A stretch of 64,000 bases of DNA from Octopus sinensis (Eukaryota): positions 32,549,360 through 32,613,359 of the forward strand of contig NC_043019.1 in the NCBI RefSeq assembly GCF_006345805.1, read 5' to 3'. The translations under genes and the position numbers were made by a program. The notes under the pieces are model-generated. The model made no database searches. It had not been told where the DNA came from and saw only the letters and a list, made by a program, of their open reading frames with translations. Below are positions 43,321 through 54,852 of the stretch, piece by piece (the stretch's first letter is position 1; each line of letters opens with the position of its first letter).

Positions 43321-44055
43321 TGCACGTATGTGTTGTTATTATGAACATTGTGAAGCTGCTTGCGAAAACAAATCATCAAATCATACTTCCAGCAAGTTCG
43401 TTACAACTTAACGAACAATTTACTGCATCACTCCTTTGCAGTGATTTCAGAGAGTTTGAATCAACAACGCCAGGTGCAGTTGCAGTAATTGATATAAATA
43501 ACAAAGTCTGACTGAGATGACCACACATGTACAGCAGAGATGGAAGGTGATGGCTAATTCTCTAATTATTTCACCGAAACTATCATAACATCGACCATTC
43601 TTTCTTGCTTTGGGACGATTGCTGTAAATTCATTCTTCAAGAGTCTCCCTCCTCTCCCACCTTTCTTCCTTTCTCCTTCCTTTTGATTTGCTTGTTATTT
43701 GTTTTGGTTTGTATTTTACTAGATATTTTTTTATTGCCTGATAAATAAACATTATCGGCTATTATTATTAGTGCTCCCCCCCACCAATCAAGCCCCTGTG
43801 GCTAATAAAAGCAAGTATCATCATCATCACCATCATCATATTATTATTATTATTATTATTATTATGCATCATCATTATCATTATTATTGTTATTATCAGG
43901 TATGTTGTTGTCGCTTTGTTTTATGTCAACTGTTCAATGTCTCAACCAGAAACCTCAAGTAGACGTTCCTCCTCCTCCTCCTCCTCGTCCTCCTCGTCCT
44001 CCTCCTCATCATCATCATCATCACCATCGTCATCGTCATCATCACCGTCGTCGAC

Positions 44056-44094
<39 letters not shown>

Positions 44095-44224
44095 GTCGTC
44101 GTCTTCATCATCATCATCATCACTGTTATTAGTCCTTACATTGCTGTTACTTTTTTTTATAAAAGCTGTTCTGTGTCTCACCCAGAAACATCAAGTAACA
44201 GCCGAGTTGGAAATTTACTATTAC

Positions 44225-44275
<51 letters not shown>

Positions 44276-45270
44276 TATTATTATTATATTTTCATTGCTA
44301 ATAATTGCTTCTACCATTCCTATTATCATCTTATTTTCATTGTCCACAATATTCTTTCACAACATGCCCGTTGAAACACCAGCTAATCTATACTGAAAAG
44401 AATTACCTATGCCGAATCAATCGAAGAATGCAATATACTGCCGTTCCCACCAGGAGACAAGCTGTTTTTCACACTGGTCGCTCAATGTGGGCTACGAAAT
44501 AGTAAAATAACAAGTGTTCGAGGATCAATAACCCACTTACTGGAGACTGGGAATTCTTTGAAAAACACAGATCTTGTAAATTGAGAAGCCAGTTTGCTGA
44601 ATAAGATTGCCAAAGGTTAAAAAGAAAATTTGCTTTGCTGAGTTGGCCTTTAGCACGTTCAGCACAAAGAAAATTCCAACTACATTAAGCAAACATTTTC
44701 TTGACTTGACTTAAAACACTTGAATTAAAATAATGCTATCTTAAAATGTATGGGAAACTGCCTTTGGTTTTGCTGTTCCTTCAAACAACTGCATCTCATT
44801 TCCTGCTATTTACTTTGCGTATAAATTCTAAGCGCCCTCTCAAACTTGGTAATTTCCGGGTGTGTGTGTGTGCATATGCGTGTGCATGGTGTGTGTGTGT
44901 GTGTGTGTTTCTTTTTTCTTTTTTTTTTTACAAGGATGGAAATTCAATGAGCAAATATGAAGTCCCCGATATATTGTGTCCTGTTCAAACTCTCTATCGT
45001 AAATGTTCTGTGTTACTTCGGTGCGAGTTGACATTTACTGAGGATGCAAAGGTTTGGTGGATGGGTGGAAGAGATATAGGGTTCCTTCATTAGTCACATT
45101 CCTCTGTCTCTGACCATTCCAAAAAGGTTTAAACTAATTAGAGAACAGACATTAAAATTTTTTGGGAGTGAAGAGCCGAGCAGAATGGATATATGGATAT
45201 ATATGTTGGACTCCAATGATAAAAGTCTTTAAATGAACCAAGTTACTAAAACTTTATTGGTATGACATAT

Positions 45271-45313
<43 letters not shown>

Positions 45314-45363
45314 ATGTATGTATGTATACATGTACATATTCTGTCTATCTATCTATCTATCTG

Positions 45364-45400
<37 letters not shown>

Positions 45401-45431
45401 ATATCTATCTATCTATCTATCTATTTATCTG

Positions 45432-45482
<51 letters not shown>

Positions 45483-45694
45483 GTTGATCTATCTTTACAA
45501 CAGACAATATATATGCATATATATACATACATACATACATACCTACATACATACATATGAACATATATATATATATGCATGCACAATGTGGTATATATAT
45601 ATATATACACACACACAGAGATATATACATACATATACATACATATATATGTACACACACATATATATATATGCATACATACATAGAAATATAT

Positions 45695-45764
<70 letters not shown>

Positions 45765-46440
45765 TGTATGTATATGTATATACGGAGAGAGAGAGAGAAA
45801 GAGATGGAGAGAGACATGTGCTGTAAGGGCAACATCAGAGGTAAAGCTAGTGGGAGGAAGTTTATTATTTTCTATTTTCTTCCTCTAATTTTATATTTTT
45901 TGAAAATCTTTTTATTAATTTATCTATTTTTTAAAGGGGGGAGGTGGGTAGAATTATCTATTTTGGCTTTTGCCCCAGTGTGGAATGTGTTTGAAGTTAA
46001 GTGGGATCACATGAGTCAAGCAATATGTTTCGACTGATAATGCTAAAAGAGGTGAAAAGTTAAATAAAAATAATAATAATTTAAATAAAAACAAAATAAT
46101 ATGTAAAAAAAAGAAAAAAAAAACACAAACAGTACTAAAACCAATAGTAAAATTAGGTGCTAGAATATTTTAGGTTAGACTATTTCAATAATTTTTTTTT
46201 GCCTTTTTTTTTGTTTTTTTTCTTGTTTTGTTTTACTTTACATAATTTTGGTATCGTTTTTCTTAGTATGTTACGGGAGTTTTACAGTCAAATCAAAATA
46301 CAAGTTAAGTTAAATAGCACTTAAAATGGATTGGATGGTGCAAAATGCTGGAGTTTTTATGTCACTTTTTTTGGCTCCTGACACAAACGTTTGATTTAAA
46401 TCAAATAAATAATGGGAATAATAATAATAATAATATAATA

Positions 46441-46474
<34 letters not shown>

Positions 46475-46757
46475 CACTTTGATAGCATGCACTGCTCTCT
46501 CAATCAATAATAATAATAATAATAATAATAATGATGATGATGATGAGATGATGATGATGGCAATAATGAAATTAAAATAAAATATAAATTTACAGCTATA
46601 TCGGAATACTGGTTTTTTGAAAGTTAGCTTTGTATACACAAACACATAATTATGTACATGTGATGGTGTTTATTTGTTTACCCATAAATGTGTGTGTGTA
46701 TATATACACATGTATATATTATATGTATATATAATTGTATATACATATATATATATA

Positions 46758-46965
46758 GTTAATCCAAACATGAAAACACAAAGAGAAAACACAACAACGC
46801 GAGGACATGGAACAAATATAGTGTTATTGGACGCTCAGGAAAGAAGGAAAGAAGGAGGGTTTAACGTTTCGAGTGGAGCTCTTCATCAGAAACATAGGAA
46901 AAGGAAAGATCCAGAGAAGGGAAGACAGAGGAAAAAAAATCGCCAACGGTACACATGCAGTCACG
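46758..46965 (-). mobile_element. Penelope-type terminal-repeat fragment inserted in (TA)n, carrying a minimal hammerhead
   Basis: Non-coding, flanked by (TA)n on both sides, contains the HHR at 46859-46893. Confidence 0.65.
46859..46893 (-). ncRNA. Minimal type I hammerhead ribozyme
   Basis: GUUU CUGAUGA A GAG CUCCA CUC GAAA CGUU AAAC. Stem I GUUU/AAAC, intact core, stem II GAG/CUC, palindromic ACGU stem III, GUU cleavage triplet. Confidence 0.8.
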
Positions 46966-47094
46966 TATCTATATATATACATGTATATATAACTAAACAT
47001 ATATATGTACATAGATATATATACAAATGTATATATAATTATATATACAATATATATATGTATGTATATATGTGTGAGTGTATGTGTGAGTGTT

Positions 47095-47135
<41 letters not shown>

Positions 47136-47488
47136 GTATTTATTATATATATACATGTATATATTACATGTATATAATTATACATACATGTACATATATA
47201 TATATATATATATAATTAATTAATAAGGGTGAGAGAATTAGATACTACTAATTTAATAGTATTCTATTCAACACCAAGTGGCCTAGTGCTTCGAGAAACC
47301 TGGATTATTATAATATTTTATAATATATTATACTATTTTTACAAAATAAATATAAGAGAGTGGTCACTATATGCTCACTCTAGCACCAGTTAATCCAAAA
47401 GGTTTCAACCACAAAAATACATGTTCCCATGAAAGTCAGTACGATTGTTAGCTCACACGCGGACAGGGCAAATAAAATAACAAAAATA

Positions 47489-47587
47489 CAGATTATTTTG
47501 GGACAATTGTTTCGCTATAATGAATTATGTAATTTTACTTACTTACAAAAAAATCCACTTGTAGCTCGTCAGCCAAAACTACATCTG
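47489..47587 (-). ncRNA. Type I hammerhead ribozyme, copy A (complete)
   Basis: CAGAU-GUA-GUUUUGG CUGACGA GCUA[44-nt extended hairpin]UAGC GAAA C AAUU G U C| CCAAAAU-A-AUCUG. All core bases are canonical; C17 is at 47502. Confidence 0.88.
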
Positions 47588-48040
47588 GATGAAATCCACT
47601 CATCACACTCCACAGCCATTTTACCATAACGATAAATACGCGTGTGGTTCAATTGATTACATCCGACGTTATATTCAAAATGCCCCAACTAACAGCGCGC
47701 CAAACTTTCACGGAAAACAAAGACTGCATTTAGAAATAAATGTAGCATAATTATAATTAATTAATAAGGGTGAGAGAATTAGATACTAATTTAATAGTAT
47801 ATCTATTCAACACCAAGTGGCCTAGTGCTCCGAGAAACCTGGATTATTATAATATTTTATAATATATTATAATATTTTTACAAAATAAATATAGAGAGTG
47901 GTCACTATATGGCTCACTCTAGCACCAGTTAATCCAAAAGGTTTCAACAACCACAAAAATACATGTTTCCCATGAAAGTCAGTACGATTGTTAGCTCACA
48001 CACTCACACGGACAGGGCAAATAAAAAATAACAAAAATAC

Positions 48041-48135
48041 GATTATTTTGGGACAATTGTTTCGCTATTAATGAATTAAATGTAATTTTACTTACAAAAA
48101 AAATCCACTTGTAGCTCGTCAGCCAAAACTATCTG
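48041..48135 (-). ncRNA. Type I hammerhead ribozyme, copy B (complete)
   Basis: Same core and stems as copy A; C17 is at 48052, 550 nt from copy A. Confidence 0.85.
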
Positions 48136-48459
48136 GATGAAATCCACGACGAGCTACAAGTGGATTTTTTTGTAAGTAATAAAATTACATTTAATTCATT
48201 AATAGCAAAACAATTGTCCCAAAATAATCTGTATTTTTGTTATTTTTTATTTGCCCTGTCCGTGTGAGCTAACAATCGTACTGACTTTCATGGGAAACAT
48301 GTATTTTTGTGGTTGAAACCTTTTGGATTAACTGGTGCTAGAGTGAGCCATATAGTGACCACTCTCTTATATTTATTTTATATATATATATATATATAAA
48401 TACATGTGTATATATATCTGTGTGTGTGTGTATATATATATAATTATATATATATAATA

Positions 48460-49765
48460 TAACGGGAAGCTTTATGAAAATAAACAAAAAACGAAGGCAA
48501 GTGGAGTACAAACAAACAATTGTATTAGTATGGCACTCAGGAATATAAATAAAACAAGTCTTTTACGTTTCGAGCCTACGCTCTTCAACAGAAAGATACA
48601 CAGAAAAGAAACACGGAGAGAAACAAGGAGAGAAAAAAAATGCATGCAGAAGCTAGCGAGTCAACATGGCGATCTGATTCCGGCCAGAAGTCAGAGATCA
48701 GACGTGAGAGCGAATGTAAGGGAGATAACAGAGTCAAATGACTTCGTGCCAACATAAGGGTGCATGTGTGTATGAGAGAGTATGTAGTGCGTATGAAAGG
48801 TCTGGACATGTGTATGTATGTATGATGTGATGTGTAATGTCGTATGGTGTAGTGTAGAGAGAGGAGAGGAGGGGGGAGGAGGGAGGAGAGATGGGGGAGG
48901 ATAGAGGGGGAAGAGGGGGGAGAAGGAAGAGGAGAAGAGGAGGGAGGAGGGAGAAGAGGAAAGGTGGAGAGTGAGGAGTGTGAGATGAGGGGGAGGGGGA
49001 GAGGGGAGAGAAGGAAAGAAGGAGGGGGTGAGGGTGAGATGAGATGTGATGAGAGTGGAGGGTGGGAGGGGGGAGAGAATGAAAGAGGAGAAGAGGAGGG
49101 AGGAGGGAGAGGGAGGGGAGAAAGAAGGAGAGTAGAAGAGGAGGGGGATGGGAAAGGAGGGGAGAGGAGGGGGGAGGATAGGGAGAGGGGAGAGAGGGGG
49201 GAAAGAATGAGAGTGAGGGAGCAGAGAGAAAGAGAGAAGGGGAAGAGGGAAGAAGAAAGAGGAAAGAAGAGGAGGGAAGACGGGAAGAGGAGGGAAGACG
49301 GGAAGAGGAGGGAAAGAGAGTAGGGGTGAAAAGATGAAGGACTGAAGAGAAGTAGGAGTCGGGGGGAGGTTAGATGAGGAGGGGGGAGAGTTGAGACCAA
49401 ATGGTGTAAAAGAGCTAAGAGAGAAGATTAATCCCTGTTCACGGCGCAAACGGGAATCCGGATGACCTCTGTGCAAGGACAAACCGAACACAGACAGGTG
49501 TTGCAAGGAGTGACCAGTGGAGTGGAAATGGCGTGAGACCAGTGTGTCATTGGCAAGGCAGATGTCACGGAGGTGTTCCGCGAACCGGTCAGCCAAGCGG
49601 CGTCCCGTTTGTCCGATGTACAGGGAATGGCAGAGAGAGTAAGAGATGCAATAGATGATATTGCTGGAGGTGCAGGTGAAGGAGTTGATGATGGGTGCCA
49701 GTGAGGAGGGTGGTGTTGGAGAGGTAATGGCAAGTGCAGCAACGTGGGCGGGAGCGTGTGTATAG
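48460..49765 (-). mobile_element. Penelope-like element (Neptune-type) 3' fragment: Cys-rich linker, GIY-YIG endonuclease, low-complexity tract, terminal repeat with hammerhead
   Basis: Minus strand reads RPRCCTCHYL../FTCTSSNIIYCISYSLCHSLYIGQTGRRLADRFAEHLRDI..VSRHFHSTGHS..RREQGLIFSL. The 3' end lies in (TA)n. Confidence 0.85.
48559..48596 (-). ncRNA. Minimal hammerhead-like motif with variant core CUGUUGA
   Basis: UCUUU CUGUUGA A GAGC GUAG GCUC GAAA CGUA AAAGA. All three stems pair; A6 is replaced by U. Confidence 0.65.
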
Positions 49766-50739
49766 ATATAATTTTCAGATACAATAGTGGTAGAATCAGC
49801 AAAAAATAGTACTCCAGAATGGATAGCTCAAAACATCATTTCATACATGTCAATAGCATGGCTATTTATTTGTTTGTTTGTTCTCCATGTGATATTACGC
49901 GATATTACATAATTCTACATTGTTGCATAACTACCTCCATATTGCCATGTCATTTACTGTGCATTGGTAACAAGGAACCACACTATCAAAATGTGTGTTG
50001 TGTTGTTATGAGACAGTCCTCCTGTTTCTATTTACTAAATAGCACTCCTGCCCCGACTGGCTCCTGTGCCGGTAGCATCTAAAAAGCACAATCCGAACGT
50101 GGCTGATGCCAGTGCCACCTGATTGGCTCCCATGCCAGTGGCATGTAAAATGCACCCACTACACTTTCAGAGTGGTTGGCGTGCGGAAGGGCATCCAGCC
50201 ATAGAAACTTTGCCAGATCAGATTGGAGACTGGTGCAGCTTTCTGGCTTGCCATTCCCCAGTCAAACTGTCCAACCCAGGCCAGCATGGAAAGCGAATGT
50301 TAAACGATGAAGATGATGATGATGATGAAATGATAAACAGTGAATAGTTTATGAAGTTAAGAGGCTTGGTATCAGTCTTGATAGATGAATATGGTTAAAG
50401 AATATAAAGATTTTGTCAAACTGCCAGCATCATCATCATTGTCATCAGCATCTAACATCCATTGTCCATGCTGCCATGGGTTGGATGGTTTAACCATGGC
50501 TGTCAAGCTGAGAGGCTGCACCAGGCTCCAGTCTGATTTGGCATGGTTTCTACAGCTGGATACTCTTCCTAATGCCAATCACTCTGAGAGCATAATGGGT
50601 GCTTTCACGTGCCACCAGCACAGGTGCGAATTGCATGACACCAGTATCTGCCACAACTATGGTTTCACGGTACCTTGCTGAAGGTCCCAGTCATTTGCAA
50701 CAAGCAAAGTAGCTAATTGTAAAACTTCAGTAAAACTTT

Positions 50740-51010
50740 GGGCATATGGCCTAGTGGTTAAGCGCGCGGACTACTAACCCCAAGATTCCGAGTTCGATTC
50801 CAGGCAGTGACCTGAATGATAATAATAATAATAATAACAACAATAACATCGAAAAATACCTTAAGAATGAGAACCCAGGTTCGAAATTTCCCCAAGACAC
50901 CTGATGAAGGCTGGAGGTTATATCAGCTGAAGCGTTGTGTTAACAACAAACAAGATGGGGACAAATATCCGGCAAATGTAAATCATGTAAATAATGTAAA
51001 TAATGAAATA
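50740..51010 (+). mobile_element. tRNA-headed SINE-like element with a downstream hammerhead motif
   Basis: A-box TGGCCTAGTGG and B-box GTTCGATTC (50747-50800), an (AAT)n linker, then the HHR at 50897-50940. Confidence 0.7.
50897..50940 (+). ncRNA. Minimal type I hammerhead, this copy with A15.1 changed to G
   Basis: ACAC CUGAUGA A GGCUG GAGGUUAUAU CAGCU GAAG CGUU GUGU. Confidence 0.65.
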
Positions 51011-51997
51011 GTAATTATGCTAACAAGTGAAGTTAATCGCCACATCAATATGGCTGTTTTACTACTATTTTAACCCCAGGCAGATCTTCCACCAGCTGGT
51101 CATAGGTGCAGCATGTGTTTCAATTATTTCTATAGCACTGTCAGAATTTGCATGCTATTTATGTATGTATAAAACCATGCCACAACAGACAGTTGGAGTC
51201 TGGACAGCACCCTGTTGGCCAGCTCCATGTCCAAACCGTCCAACCCATGCCAGCATGGAAAGCAGACATTAAATGATGAAGCTGTAATATGTACTAATGC
51301 TACCAATGATAAGAACAAACAAGTGCATGTATTTATGAGTGTATATATTATGTGGTCGTTATCGACCAGACTATTAGATATTGTCACACATCGCTGGTCA
51401 CAATGCACTTTGCATGGTTTTAGCTTTTGAATGATGCCACCCTGCTGGCTAGGCGAGCAGGCCAACATTCCCCTTGATTGGAAGACTATTCTGTCACGGG
51501 GTTATCCCTTTATAACTGAGTAAAGGTAAAGGTTATCATATTGAATCATGTCAACTCATAAGGGTCAGTTTCCCAGTTTCCATGGCGTATAGATTCCCCA
51601 CCTGGACGGGAAGCTGGTCTGCCATAAGATTACTCATTTTTGCCAGGTGAGTGGATTGGAGCAATATGAAATGAAGTGTTTTGCTCAAGAACACAATGAA
51701 CTGCCTGGTCCAGGAACTGAAACCACAATCTTGCAATCATGAGTCCAACACCCTAACCACTAAACCACATGCTTCCACTTTATAGCTGAGTGGACAGGAG
51801 TAAAGTGAAATGAAGTGACTTGCTCAAGAGTGCAGCACACCACTTGATCTGTGAAATAAACCCATTATCAGGTGATTGTAAGAACAACACCCTAACAACT
51901 AGGCCACACACAGGACACAACATGCCACTGGAAACCGAACTTGCAATCTTGTGATCATGAGCTGAACACCCTAACCACTAAACCATGTGCCTTCACG

Positions 51998-52029
<32 letters not shown>

Positions 52030-52533
52030 CACATTTTAATTATTATTATCACGTTTATTATTATTGTCATCACATTTATTATTATTCTGTTTGACTTTTG
52101 CTTTATATTTGTACAAGTTGGCTCCAAGTCTCATCCAGAGACCTCAAGAGACAACAGGTTGGAAGTTCACGTTGTTGTTATGCCTAGTGTGCCATATATT
52201 TGGTTGCTGTTTTTTTTGGTGTTGTACTAGTGGATGTCTAAAAAAAAAATTATGTTTGTTTTAAACCTTGAGACTACATAGAAAGTATTTTGCGTAGGAT
52301 ATGAGCAGTTCCCATGAGCACTATCTTTTGAATTTCTGCCATGTTTGGGTTTCCTGGTATCTGAGTTAGGTAGCAATCAGCCCCTTTTGCTATCATTCCC
52401 AGGGCATCTATGACAACAGGTATTGTTTTAGTCTTCAGGTTCCACATTTTGCTGATTTCTATTTCAAGGTCTTTATATTTGCTCAGTTTTTGGTAGGTCT
52501 TGACAGATACGTTTATATTGATTGGGACAGTCT
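52030..52533 (-). pseudogene. R4/Dong-like retrotransposon 3' end inserted in (TAA)n
   Basis: Open frame 52531-52274: TVPININVSVKTYQKLSKYKDLEIEISKMWNLKTKTIPVVIDALGMIAKG..IQKIVLMGTAHILRKILSM*. TAA repeats on both sides. Confidence 0.85.
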
Positions 52534-52537
52534 ATTA

Positions 52538-52593
<56 letters not shown>

Positions 52594-52599
52594 TTTACT

Positions 52600-53105
52600 A
52601 TTAAAGCAGCAAGCTGACTGAATTGTTAGCATGCTGGACAAGAATGCTTAATAGCATTTCATCCATCTTAATGTTCTGAGTTCAAATTCTGCCAGTGTTG
52701 GCTTTGCCTTTCATCCTTTTGGCGTCGATAAAATAAGTACTAGTTGAATGCTGGGGTCAATGTAATTGACTTACCCCCTCCTCCGAAATTGCTGGCCTTG
52801 TGCCAAAATTTGAAATCATCACCGCCACCGCCGCCACCACCACCACCACCATCATTATTATTAAGGCAGTGAGCTGGCAGAATTGGTAGCATTCTGGGCA
52901 AAATGATTAGTGGCATTTTGTCTGTCTTTATGTTCTGAGTTCAAACCCCACCGAGGTCGACTTTACCTTTCATCCTTTTGGGGGTCGCTTAAATAAGTAC
53001 CAGTGAAATACTGGGGTCGATGTAACTGACTAAACTCCCCCTCCCCTAAAATTTCAGGCTTAGTGCCTTTAGTAGAAAGGATTATTATTATTATTATTAT
53101 TATTG

Positions 53106-53148
<43 letters not shown>

Positions 53149-53150
53149 CC
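52600..53150 (+). mobile_element. Two tandem SINE family B copies with an (ATT)n tail
   Basis: Family B head and body twice. Confidence 0.8.
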
Positions 53151-54147
53151 TCATCATGTTCATTATCATCATTATCATGTTGTTGTCATCATCATCATCA
53201 TGATTATCATAATCATCATCAATCATCATCATCATCATCATCATCATTATTTTTGAAAAAAAAAATCTAATTTCTTTTTTTTCCAATTTTTTCAATCTCT
53301 TTCTCTCGTCTCTTTTTGTTCTTTTTTCTCATTCCTCTTCTATTTACTTTTTTTTTTTGTAGAACTAAGATTATAAAATAAAGACTGGGAGACAAAGACA
53401 GAGAGAGAAAAAAAAAACCAGAAAAGAAAGAAAGAGAGAGAGAGAGGGGGAGAGAGACAGAGAGACAGAGAGCAAGAGATAGAAAGATAGAGAAAAGCTA
53501 TCATCTACCTGGTACAGGAAATTCTGTTTTGTAGACCGAAAGGCAAGTACTCATTGACACTTTGTATCAGAATCATTTTTCAGCATTTGCTTTATAGCTA
53601 AAAGCTGTGGTAATTGTAAACTCAGTTTTTAGCATTCTAAATTACCAAATGGCTCTGGATCAGTTCCAGATAGAATTTCAAATCAAATCAGGACATTAGT
53701 TCTATCTGTATATAAAGTATTATTATTTTTCTTGCTTTGTTTTTATCTTTTGTTTTGTATATGTGTGTGAGTGTGTGGGGTTATTATTTTTTTTACATTT
53801 TTTTATATTTGATTGTGTTTAATTTTTTTTATATGTTTTTGTTTAAAAAATTTTTTTTTTCCATTTTTCATTTTTAAATATGAGATTCTACATTCTAAAC
53901 ATCATTTTGAATGAAGATAAAAAGATATCATTTGATTTTGGTGTTTTTTTTCTTGTGATTTTTTTGTCTATTTTATGCTTCTATGTGTGTGTGTGGTGTG
54001 TGTGTGTGTGTGTTTATCTATGAATGGAACAAATTAAGAATGTCGATAAAGAGGTCTGAGATATTTGAGATACAAATAATATAGCAAAAATATTCTATCA
54101 TGATTACAATTCAAGAAATTAAAAAATCTGCCTATATATATATAAAC

Positions 54148-54178
<31 letters not shown>

Positions 54179-54534
54179 CACACATATATATACATACATA
54201 TATATATATATATATACATATATATATGCGTATATATATATACATATTTACATATATATATATGTGTATGTATATTGTATATATACATATATATTTATAT
54301 ATATTTGTGTTTATATATGTATATATATATGAGTGTATGTGTGTGTAACACACACACGTTTTGCACATGAGTTGTTTTATTGATTTTATTTCTTTAAAAG
54401 CCGACATTAATAGTAATAATGTTTATAATTCTTTCTGTTTAATGTTCAGCTCAATGAATTTCCTCTCTCTATCTCCTTCCATCACTCTTTCTTTCTCTCA
54501 CTCTCCCCCCCTATATATATATATATATATATAT

Positions 54535-54574
<40 letters not shown>

Positions 54575-54774
54575 TGTGTGTGTGTGTGCGTGTGTGTATG
54601 TATGTATGTATGTATGTATGTATATATATATATGTATATATATGTATATATATGTATGTATAAGTATGTATATTATATATATATATAATATATATATATA
54701 TATATAGATGAGTTCAGCAAAAATTTAGATTCAGATGAATATGGTAGATTCAGTTGAGGCACCGACAATTTCAA

Positions 54775-54814
<40 letters not shown>

Positions 54815-54852
<38 letters not shown>

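Larger units (their letters stand above)
47211..48379 (-). mobile_element. Retrozyme-like array: ~545-nt unit, second partial tandem copy, then an inverted partial copy
   Basis: Copy A 47211-47751, copy B 47752-48147, inverted copy C 48148-48379. Non-coding, (TA)n on both flanks, one hammerhead region per copy. Confidence 0.8.

Noticed and set aside
43916-44374. Poly-Asp/Glu, poly-His and poly-Ser ORFs
   Set aside because: These are translations of a compound (CAT)/(CCT)/(ATT) microsatellite.
44401-44600. Two minus-strand exon-like segments with GT/AG signals
   Set aside because: The intervening intron would be only 49 nt, the joined frames hit stops, and no frame resembles otoferlin.
50740-50815. 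Functional tRNA gene
   Set aside because: A and B boxes are present, but the acceptor and anticodon stems do not close. It is better explained as a SINE head.
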